Part shown: positions 56,434-64,000 of the stretch, piece after piece
Numbering within the stretch: position 1 is the first letter of the stretch
How the letters are laid out: each line of letters starts with the position of its first letter
NCBI GenBank assembly: GCA_045628605.1
Contig: JAZQPR010000262.1
Span: 449 to 64,448 of the forward strand
Reading direction: 5' to 3'
Length of the DNA: 64,000 bases
DNA from: Oscillospiraceae bacterium
GTDB lineage: Bacteria; Bacillota; Clostridia; Oscillospirales; Ruminococcaceae
Notes under the pieces: generated by a model
The model's input: only the letters and a program-made list of their open reading frames with translations
Databases searched by the model: none
What the model was told of the DNA's origin: nothing
Translations under genes and position numbers: made by a program

Positions 56434-57561
56434 TTACTTCTGATTTCCGGCATTTGCGCCGGCATTCGTTGCCTGAATTACGGTTTTAATTTTTCCCATT
56501 GCCAGACTAAAGAGCATCTGACGAAGCTGTGTGGAGAAAAAGTTTTCTATTTTGTTGGTGAATTCGGTAACTACGTTATTTTTGTTTAAAATTTCTTTAA
56601 ATTCAAATTCATTATTTCCGGCAGACAGAACAGGATGATTTTCAAAACATCTTTCAAACTGCTTGACAGATGCATCTCTTATGAAAACATCTTCTTCTTT
56701 TAACCTGAAGTGAAGGATCTCAGAAATATAATCAAGATAAAATTCTGAAATTTCATTCATGATGTCTGACGAAGGAAACAGATACATATTTTTAAAGTCA
56801 TTTGCAAATGCGTTCCATATATCATCTGTCTGGGCAGGAATATTTCCATATTCAAATAATTTTACATATCTTGAAAATTCTTCAGGATTATTAAAAGAAA
56901 AATAATGCTCATACGTTCTTTCAAGAAATGTTTTATAGTGAATTTCAAATCTGTTCTCTATTCGGTATTGAGAACCTTTTAATTCTTTCCGGTACTTATT
57001 TTTAAAATATCGAAGATTGTTTGTTTTTACAGTTAGAATATCAGTCTTGTCATCGCCTTCAGCATATTCCTGTACTGTTATTCCGAACATTCCAAATTCA
57101 CTGTATGCTTCTTTAATGATCTTATCTGACTTTTCGATATCAGTAAATCCTGCACGTCTGTTTTCGTTAAATAAAATCACGTTTACAGATGCATTTTTGG
57201 ATTTGTTGCAAACTTTTTCGACCAGATAGTGTAAATTTTCTTTTTTGTACGGAAAATCTGCAAATATAAGTACTTTTCCAATGTTTACGTTTTGCTGGTC
57301 TGCAAGTACAGTCTTTACATCAATTCCCGAAACAGGAAATTCCAATATTCTTCCATCATGAAGTTTAGATGTATAGACAAGTATTTTTTTGTCATCAGCG
57401 ATGACGTTCTCTTCATCAGAGTGAATAAAGATATAGCTTTTGTTGATTTTTAAAGAATTGGTGTTTATTATATGGCCTGTAGGCATCAGTTCCTGTGCGA
57501 AGCGGTATCTTATGTCATCACCAAGGCAAATAATAAAATTATTACTGCAGATGTTTTTCAT
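56434..57561 (-). CDS. Hypothetical protein (375 aa), third gene of the dynamin-like operon
   Basis: ATG preceded by GGAGGA. No P-loop, TM segment or known motif recognised. Confidence 0.65.
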   Translation of the reverse strand: MKNICSNNFIICLGDDIRYRFAQELMPTGHIINTNSLKINKSYIFIHSDEENVIADDKKILVYTSKLHDGRILEFPVSGIDVKTVLADQQNVNIGKVLIFADFPYKKENLHYLVEKVCNKSKNASVNVILFNENRRAGFTDIEKSDKIIKEAYSEFGMFGITVQEYAEGDDKTDILTVKTNNLRYFKNKYRKELKGSQYRIENRFEIHYKTFLERTYEHYFSFNNPEEFSRYVKLFEYGNIPAQTDDIWNAFANDFKNMYLFPSSDIMNEISEFYLDYISEILHFRLKEEDVFIRDASVKQFERCFENHPVLSAGNNEFEFKEILNKNNVVTEFTNKIENFFSTQLRQMLFSLAMGKIKTVIQATNAGANAGNQK

Positions 57562-57589
57562 GCCTTATTAATCCTCCGATTGCGGATAA

Positions 57590-57614
57590 AACCCGCCGTT
57601 TGAGGAGGCGGGTT
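57590..57614 (-). promoter_or_regulatory. Intra-operon GC-rich hairpin
   Basis: aacccgcc/ggcgggtt stem between the dynamin-like gene stop (57631) and the next start (57561). On the mRNA it is followed by UUUUAUCC. Confidence 0.45.
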
Positions 57615-57630
57615 CTCTCCTTTTTATTAT

Positions 57631-59937
57631 TTATATAGCGATTTTACCTTTTTCTGAATCTGTGTCCGCATCAAGCGAATTTCTAACTTCTTCTATTCTG
57701 TAATACAAGCCTTTAAGGTTGCTTATCTGTCTTCTGATATTTTTGATTTTTTCATTCTTTTCATCTGAAGACAATGAAAGCTGGTGTTCCAGAGCAGCGA
57801 TATTTTTATTGATAAGATCAAAACGTCTGTTAAGGTCGTTCCTGAGAAGATTGTCAAGCTTTCCTTCAAAGTCATCTGTAAATCTGTCGATTTCTTTTAC
57901 AGCTTCGTTTGCATATGAATTTGTTCCTTCTGTATAGAAAGTTTCTATGAACATCTTCTTTTTAAGGAAGAGAGCGATATTTTCCTTGACATATCTGTCC
58001 TTGAATCCGGCACGTTTTTCATCAAGCTTTTTATGAAGTTCTGAAAGAATGGATGACTTGATGTGTATCTCTTCGTTAAGATCCTCGCTTGGCTTGCCGT
58101 TGTATTCAATAGCATTGTATTCCATGGTTTTTGCTCTTATCTGTTCAGAATAGTCGTTAAGTTTAGCTTCAACCTCACGTTTCCATGCACGTGTCTCTGA
58201 ATCATCAATATATTCTGTTGTTTCAGTGATCTTTTTCTTTTTGAAAAGCCCAAATAAGCTGAACCTTGGTTTTTCTTCAGTTGTATATACTCTTTTTACC
58301 TTAGGCTTTTCAAGACCGGCTTCATATTGCTGTTTTTCTTCTTTGAGCCTGTTGATATCATTTTTGAGTTTTGAACGTTCTTTTTCGACTCTGAGAGCTT
58401 TCATATACATGCCTGAAAGATTGTCGATTTCTTCCTGGAGTGAAGCGATTTCAGCGTTTGTTTCATTAACACTGTTCTGATACTGTTCAATTCCAAGCTC
58501 AAAAGAGTTTTCTGTCTGGTTATATTTGCAGTCAGGACAGATATTAAATTCAAATTCAGTAACAAGAATTCGAACGGAGTCCATGATATCCGGAAGATAT
58601 TTTCCGACAGCATTTGCTACATCGCTTACAAGCTTTTCTTTCAGTTCAAATGTTGCAGCACTGACACCGTTATTGATTATTGAAGGAAGGCTTTTTTCAA
58701 GCTCTATCAGTTCCTCTGTTGTCTGGAAACTTTCAAGATTTGCAAGCTGACGTCCTTTGAATAATCTTACTTTTGTAAGGGCAAAATCAAGAGCATTTTT
58801 CTTGCACTTGTCTACGTCATTGTAAATTCGTGCCTTTAATTTTTCCATCTTTTCTTCGGTTTCATGTATTTTGCCGTAAAGATCATCAATGATCTGCTGT
58901 GCTTCATTATTGTCAACGGCTGCTTCATAGATGTTGCTTTCAAGTTCAAGGTTTTTAAGGGTTTCATCAACCATTTTTGCAGCTCTTAAAGTAGGAGTCA
59001 GAAGGCTGTTTCTAGCCTTGTCCCCTTCTGTGATAAAATTCCAGAGTCCGTCTTCAAAGCTTTCCATTTTGGACATTTTTAAGAGCTTAAGCTTTTCTTC
59101 AGGTGTAAATGATGAATGTCCTCTGTATGAAAGCGGAGTTTTTGATCTTGCTACGAGAGCCTGATATGAAGATACGCACCAGAATTCAGGCATTTCTTTG
59201 GCATCCGGGAATATTTTGCCGAAATGCTTGAGCATATTCTCTGCTACTTTTTCATATGATTCGTTTTCATTATTTTTTATCTGGTCAATTTTGTTTAATA
59301 CAAAAATGATTTTGTTTGCTTTTGTTTTGATCTGACTTAAAAACTCAAATTCAGATTTTCCGCCCGGTCTGTCGGCGCTGAACATAAACAGGCAGACGTT
59401 TGATTTCATGATCTGAGCTTCTGTTATTTCTCTGTGTCCGTCGGCAGTGCCGTTAAGACCAGGAGTATCAACAAGAGTAATATTTCCGTCAAGGAACTGT
59501 GAATCAAGATAAAGATCAAGATGATTTACAGTAGCTGCAACAGGAATGTCGCTTCGTGTACTTACATATCTTGAAATGACATCTGTTTCTATACTGTCGA
59601 TATCCTCACATGTTCCGTCAGCGTAATAAACACGTCCCTTTTGCTGATTCTCGGCCTTATTTTTGTGCCGAAGCAGTGTCACCGTTGCCGTTGTTTCGTC
59701 TGAATATGACGGAAGGATTTTTTCGCCCATGAGGGCATTTAAAAATGTAGATTTTCCGACACTGAATTCACCGACAATAACGATGGAAAATTCTTCTTTA
59801 TTAAGCATTTCAATAAAATCAGATATTATTGATGCTTCTGCAGTATAATTGTTATCAGTATAAAACTTGTGAATATCATTGAGGATCAGCTGGGTTTCAG
59901 CTTTTTTCTCCTCATACTGCTGTAGATGTTTGTTCAT
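57631..59937 (-). CDS. Bacterial dynamin-like GTPase (second of tandem pair)
   Basis: G1 VGEFSVGKSTF, G3 VDTPGLNG, G4 LNKID. Long E/K-rich helical stalk. Amphipathic FSLFGLFKKKK. Confidence 0.88.
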   Translation of the reverse strand: MNKHLQQYEEKKAETQLILNDIHKFYTDNNYTAEASIISDFIEMLNKEEFSIVIVGEFSVGKSTFLNALMGEKILPSYSDETTATVTLLRHKNKAENQQKGRVYYADGTCEDIDSIETDVISRYVSTRSDIPVAATVNHLDLYLDSQFLDGNITLVDTPGLNGTADGHREITEAQIMKSNVCLFMFSADRPGGKSEFEFLSQIKTKANKIIFVLNKIDQIKNNENESYEKVAENMLKHFGKIFPDAKEMPEFWCVSSYQALVARSKTPLSYRGHSSFTPEEKLKLLKMSKMESFEDGLWNFITEGDKARNSLLTPTLRAAKMVDETLKNLELESNIYEAAVDNNEAQQIIDDLYGKIHETEEKMEKLKARIYNDVDKCKKNALDFALTKVRLFKGRQLANLESFQTTEELIELEKSLPSIINNGVSAATFELKEKLVSDVANAVGKYLPDIMDSVRILVTEFEFNICPDCKYNQTENSFELGIEQYQNSVNETNAEIASLQEEIDNLSGMYMKALRVEKERSKLKNDINRLKEEKQQYEAGLEKPKVKRVYTTEEKPRFSLFGLFKKKKITETTEYIDDSETRAWKREVEAKLNDYSEQIRAKTMEYNAIEYNGKPSEDLNEEIHIKSSILSELHKKLDEKRAGFKDRYVKENIALFLKKKMFIETFYTEGTNSYANEAVKEIDRFTDDFEGKLDNLLRNDLNRRFDLINKNIAALEHQLSLSSDEKNEKIKNIRRQISNLKGLYYRIEEVRNSLDADTDSEKGKIAI

Positions 59938-62236
59938 ATTCCAATTCCACCTTAAGTTCGTTATACATTTCTTCGATTTTCATAATTTCGTTCTTTTTAT
60001 TATTGTATCTGTTTTGTATATCTATAAGGTTTCCGTTTATTATCTCATCAAATACCTGATTCTTTTCTGTAAGTCTCTTTTTAAATTCATTTTTGATATA
60101 TCCGCTTACAAGTTCGGCATTTGTTTCTACATCTGATTCGAGTGAACTTTTGAAAAGATTTGTAATAGAATTATCTCCGTTGAACAGATATGCTTCAATA
60201 TCCTGTCTGAGCTGTTTCTTTCTGAGATTGAGATATTCGATTTCAAGTCTGTCTTCAAACATTGCAAGTTCGTCTTTTTTCGCAGCGATCTCATGGTTGA
60301 GTATATCCATTTTTCTGTTGTAGGATGCATATTCTTTGTCATGAAGCTCAATTTTTTCTTCAAGTGTACATTTTTTTGCTTCAAGATTTGAAAGCTCTCT
60401 GTTGATCGCTTCTCTTTCCTCATCAGTGCTTTCTTTGATTGCACGTTTCTTTTTATCCCATTCAAGACCTTTTGTATCATCGTACTGAGGAACCTGACGG
60501 GTAGATTTTTTCTTTCCGATAATAAACTGGAAGAGTCTTGCGATGCCTTTACGGTTTTCTTCAAATTCTTCCACGATATATGTGACATCCTCAACAGGTC
60601 TGTCACCAAGTTCGTTTTCTTTTCTGCGCTGAACTGAAACCAGTTCATCCTTTTTGTTTTTGTTATCTTCAATTTCTGAGAATATTTTTTCGATCTCATT
60701 CTTGAAGCCTTCACGCTGCTTCTTGAAATCATCAAGGAATTTCTGATTGTTCACAGCGATCTGTTCAAGCTTTTTGATATCATTTTTAATATTATCAGCT
60801 GCAAGTTCCTTGTCGATTGCTTCGGATATTTTAAGTTCTGCGTTATTCTGATCGATAACACTTACAATATCATTATATTCGTCAAGTCTTGCAAGTACTG
60901 TTTTATAAACAAGCTGGAAACAGTTTTCCTTTTTGTAGTCATATTCAGTCTGATAATTATCGATAAGCTTCTGAAGCTGTTTCTTGTACTGGTTTTTTTC
61001 AAGCTTTTCTTCGAAATCCTTGTATTCCTTTTCTGCATTTATTGTATTTGAAATGTTTTCAAATATCGCTTTGATATTTTCATCAATATCGTTGATAAGG
61101 ATTTTTTTGTTTTCATCGAAAAGCTGATTGATAAGTGAATACAGCTGCTTGAGCACATCACCCTGATTTTCATTTATGGCTTTTTTCTGAAGCTTTATCT
61201 GACTGATATCTTTGAAAGCTCTGTCCTTTAAAATTGAATTTTCGATGTCTGCCTGCTTCTTTTTTGATACCATAAGGATGTATTCCATAAGGTTCATTAC
61301 AGTATAGCAGTTTGAAATAAAGCGGTTTTTCTTAAAGTTTTCATCATTTAAAATTGATTTAAGAATTTCTATAAAAGAATCAAATTTTGATTCTTTGTAT
61401 ATCATTTTTCTTGATTCCGGAGTGATATCGCTGAAGTCATCTTCGTAAACTCTTGAAATGCTTTCATCTTTTCCGCATAATGCCTTCAGAGCGGATATTC
61501 CGGTATAATGAGTGATGAGCTTCTTCGATGTGTTATTTACAATAAATTTATTTACATTTTGTTTTATTGATGCGATCTTGTCTTCAGGATATTCTCCTTC
61601 TGATTCATTCAGTTCATCTATAAAATTGTAAATAAAAATAAATGTATTCTGATAGGTTGAGATGTATTTTATAAATTCTACATCTGTCTGAGCCAGACCT
61701 CTTTTCGGAAAGAGATAGATACATGAATGAGCCTGTTTTATCTCTTCAATTGTGAGTTCTCTGTGCTTGTCAGCAAGTCCGTTAAGACCTGGAGTGTCGA
61801 CAATTACAAGTTCTTCATCGACATCTATGAAGTTGATGAAGATTTCAACACTTTTAACTTCTCTGACAACGTCTATGTCTGACTGTGTAGTTGTATATTT
61901 TTCTATATCCTCCAGCTTTTCAAGCTTTGTTGATGTATTGTTTGCAAAATTGATAATACATGTGTTTGCCCGAGGATCATCTTTTTTTACATTGTGTACA
62001 TATGTCAGTGCAGCTGTGGTTTCAAGAGTGGCATGTTTTAAAAGATCTTTGCCTATTATTGCATTGATAAATGTTGACTTTCCTGAACTGAATTCACCTA
62101 CTACGGCAATTTTAAATTCATTTACTTCGATTCTTGACTCTATTGAGTCAATAGTATCCTTTATGTTGGTTCCGTCATGAATAACAGAATAACTTTTCAG
62201 GCTGTTAAGTCTGTCTTTTAAATCACTATTGACCAT
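59912..62236 (-). CDS. Bacterial dynamin-like GTPase (first of tandem pair)
   Basis: G1 VGEFSSGKSTF, G3 VDTPGLNG, G4 variant YNFID. E/K-rich stalk. ARLFQFIIGKKK. 26-nt overlap with the next gene. Confidence 0.88.
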   Translation of the reverse strand: MVNSDLKDRLNSLKSYSVIHDGTNIKDTIDSIESRIEVNEFKIAVVGEFSSGKSTFINAIIGKDLLKHATLETTAALTYVHNVKKDDPRANTCIINFANNTSTKLEKLEDIEKYTTTQSDIDVVREVKSVEIFINFIDVDEELVIVDTPGLNGLADKHRELTIEEIKQAHSCIYLFPKRGLAQTDVEFIKYISTYQNTFIFIYNFIDELNESEGEYPEDKIASIKQNVNKFIVNNTSKKLITHYTGISALKALCGKDESISRVYEDDFSDITPESRKMIYKESKFDSFIEILKSILNDENFKKNRFISNCYTVMNLMEYILMVSKKKQADIENSILKDRAFKDISQIKLQKKAINENQGDVLKQLYSLINQLFDENKKILINDIDENIKAIFENISNTINAEKEYKDFEEKLEKNQYKKQLQKLIDNYQTEYDYKKENCFQLVYKTVLARLDEYNDIVSVIDQNNAELKISEAIDKELAADNIKNDIKKLEQIAVNNQKFLDDFKKQREGFKNEIEKIFSEIEDNKNKKDELVSVQRRKENELGDRPVEDVTYIVEEFEENRKGIARLFQFIIGKKKSTRQVPQYDDTKGLEWDKKKRAIKESTDEEREAINRELSNLEAKKCTLEEKIELHDKEYASYNRKMDILNHEIAAKKDELAMFEDRLEIEYLNLRKKQLRQDIEAYLFNGDNSITNLFKSSLESDVETNAELVSGYIKNEFKKRLTEKNQVFDEIINGNLIDIQNRYNNKKNEIMKIEEMYNELKVELEYEQTSTAV

Positions 62237-62287
62237 TATTTCTGAACCCCTCTCGCTATAGTAATTTTTTTATGTTACTTATTAATT

Positions 62288-62316
62288 AATATAACATTTT
62301 TTAGCTATTTTGTCAA
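62288..62316 (-). promoter_or_regulatory. Promoter of the dynamin-like operon
   Basis: On the minus strand: TTGACA, 17 nt, TGtTATATT. Confidence 0.55.
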
Positions 62317-62371
62317 TCTGAAATGTTATGATTATGTGATGAAAATTTCACTATTTTTCATTTTATAACTA

Positions 62372-62400
62372 TTGAAAACAAGTATGAAATAATATATAAT
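62372..62400 (+). promoter_or_regulatory. Promoter of the hydrolase gene
   Basis: TTGAAA, 17 nt, TATAAT. Confidence 0.55.
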
Positions 62401-62435
62401 AATTAAAGAAATTTATTTTATGGAGCAGATCAAAT

Positions 62436-63410
62436 ATGAAAAAGAAAAAGATTGTACCTGTAATTGCAGCTGTTGCTGCTTTTTTATTAGCCGCTTCCGG
62501 AATTTTATATTTCGGATCAGGTGATTCATCAGCAAAAAAAATAGTTTGTCCTGATTCGGAAGTTACAGTAAAAAATTCTGAAGATTTTCTTGCAGATCAC
62601 AATTTTGATACGGACGCTTTTTTGACCAAATGGAAAGCAAGTTCTGAAAGAATAACTTATCGCTCGGTAAATAACAACAACGTCTATATTAATTATATCT
62701 GCAGTGAAAAATATAATTACAATAATCCGACAATAATATTTATCGGATCATACGGATATGATTATCAGTATCTTTTCCCTCAGGCAGATTATTTCCTTGA
62801 TCTTGGCTATAATGTAATACTGTTTGATCAGAGAGCACACGGAAACAATACAGCAGAGTCGTTTACTTTCGGTCAGGAGGAAAGTGATGACCTTGATGCT
62901 GTTCTTGATTATATATATAATAATGATCCTACAACTATGCCTCCGCTTGGTATTTACGCACAGGGTACCGGCGCTTTGTCAGCCTGCAGCAATCTTGCAC
63001 TGAACAGCAACAATTATAAATTTTTAATACTGGAAGATCCTGAACTCAACGGTCAGGAATGTGCTGAAAATATGCTTAAAAATGAAAAAGGAATTCTTCC
63101 TGAAGCGCTTCTTTTAAAATCCGGAATTTCAAGTATTGAATCAAAATATGATATTGATTTTTCAAAAATTGATTTTACGGAAACCGATGAACTTGCAAAG
63201 ACTATATTTGTTCCTGTTATGATACTGAAGCATGACAATCTCACAGAGTATTCTGTTCAGTCAGTAGAAAATTTTGAAGCAAATCTTTCTATAAGCGAAA
63301 ATAACAAATCTGTGGTTGATTTTGAAAATTCAGGATTCTTAAATGCCTTTTTTGATGAGAAAGAAAAATTTGAAGAATCCGTAAATGTTTTTGTATGGAC
63401 AAATTTTTAG
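62436..63410 (+). CDS. Membrane-anchored alpha/beta-fold hydrolase-like protein
   Basis: N-terminal anchor. LFDQRAHGNN...EESDDLDAVLDY is typical of the fold. A canonical GxSxG is not evident (IYAQGTGAL). Confidence 0.65.
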   Translation: MKKKKIVPVIAAVAAFLLAASGILYFGSGDSSAKKIVCPDSEVTVKNSEDFLADHNFDTDAFLTKWKASSERITYRSVNNNNVYINYICSEKYNYNNPTIIFIGSYGYDYQYLFPQADYFLDLGYNVILFDQRAHGNNTAESFTFGQEESDDLDAVLDYIYNNDPTTMPPLGIYAQGTGALSACSNLALNSNNYKFLILEDPELNGQECAENMLKNEKGILPEALLLKSGISSIESKYDIDFSKIDFTETDELAKTIFVPVMILKHDNLTEYSVQSVENFEANLSISENNKSVVDFENSGFLNAFFDEKEKFEESVNVFVWTNF

Positions 63411-63439
63411 TGTCGGTTTAAAATAATTATGAAAACAAA

Positions 63440-63482
63440 AAGGCAGATGTTACAGTCAGATTCGTAACATTTGCCTTTTTTT
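63440..63482. terminator. Bidirectional terminator
   Basis: aaggcagatgttac/gtaacatttgcctt stem with flanking A and T runs. Confidence 0.8.
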
Positions 63483-63483
63483 A

Positions 63484-64000
63484 TTAATTCAAAATTGAAA
63501 CGTACGAACTGTATTTTTCTTCAAGTCTGCAAAGTATCTCATAATAATCATTTATTCCTGAAAACATAAGAGCGTTTACAAACATATTTATTCTGTCGAT
63601 GAGCAGCCCCGTTTTGCCGGCGGTTTTATCAATATCATCGTCAATTTCAGTACATATTGTTTCAAGCTTTCCTTTACCCGAATAACCTTTTTTGGAAATG
63701 CCGAAGAATTTTTTTGCCAGACCGGTGTCATATTTGTTAAGCGCAAACAGAAGACCTATACAGTCGGCAACAGCTTCATCCCATATAATGTTGGTTTTTC
63801 TTTTGTACATATGTCTGAACGTATATCTTGTGCATGCGTTGTAGATCCTGATCTTCAATGATATATCGTTCCATTCCTCTTCAGAAAAACCGGCTTCTTT
63901 AGCTGTTATTCCGCAGTAATCACAGTCCTTGATTATAATAACTGAATCCTGATAATTTTTTTTGTTGTCAGTGAATCTTTTAAGTTCCTCTTTCCAGGAG
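63484..64000 (-). CDS. Hypothetical protein, 5'-truncated by the window edge
   Basis: The frame stays open upstream of the track TTG (63858) to base 64000 (…KEAGFSEEEWNDISLKIRIYN…). Confidence 0.6.
   Translation of the reverse strand, partial: SWKEELKRFTDNKKNYQDSVIIIKDCDYCGITAKEAGFSEEEWNDISLKIRIYNACTRYTFRHMYKRKTNIIWDEAVADCIGLLFALNKYDTGLAKKFFGISKKGYSGKGKLETICTEIDDDIDKTAGKTGLLIDRINMFVNALMFSGINDYYEILCRLEEKYSSYVSILN

Noticed and set aside
60127-60735. A 202-aa Lys-rich ORF on the same strand as the first dynamin-like gene, in another frame.
   Set aside because: It lies entirely inside a well-supported CDS. Its open frame is a by-product of the GAA/AAG-rich coding sequence, and it has no independent start signals.

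Overview
AT-rich chromosomal window from a low-GC Firmicute. It is most likely a cellulosome-type Ruminococcus or related Oscillospiraceae: a GH16 enzyme carries a type-I dockerin, there is a cohesin-like protein, and there is a Clostridial-type AbrB. I support about 57 protein genes. I saw no rRNA, tRNA, CRISPR array, transposase, integrase or prophage genes. Layout: (i) 0-12 kb holds two OmpR-type two-component systems and MacB/FtsX-type ABC parts arranged as mirror images around a GH3 glycosidase. An L,D-transpeptidase sits at the head of the right-hand unit, and a ~54-nt intergenic repeat sits at gene 3' ends. (ii) 12-27 kb holds a 1209-aa hybrid histidine kinase, a putative DUF4317 plus dGTPase-like HD pair, AbrB, a dockerin-GH16, TerD, AlaX, a cohesin-like protein, and AraC with an Fe-ADH. 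(iii) 27.5-30.2 kb holds a MurD-like ligase translationally coupled to a PP-loop-like protein (candidate MurD2/MurL). (iv) 30.6-42.5 kb holds a tightly coupled 13-gene carrier-protein-dependent biosynthetic operon that I cannot assign to a known pathway. This is the best candidate for a new system. (v) 42.5-52 kb holds MgtE with a long leader, pyruvate kinase, small accessory-looking genes, an LRR protein, a GGDEF protein and a ferredoxin. (vi) 52-64 kb holds a B12-radical SAM gene and a four-gene operon made of two tandem dynamin-like GTPases plus two unknown proteins (Eleos-like, the second-best candidate). All functional calls come from motifs read in the supplied translations. No database search was possible, so family names are recognition-level hypotheses.
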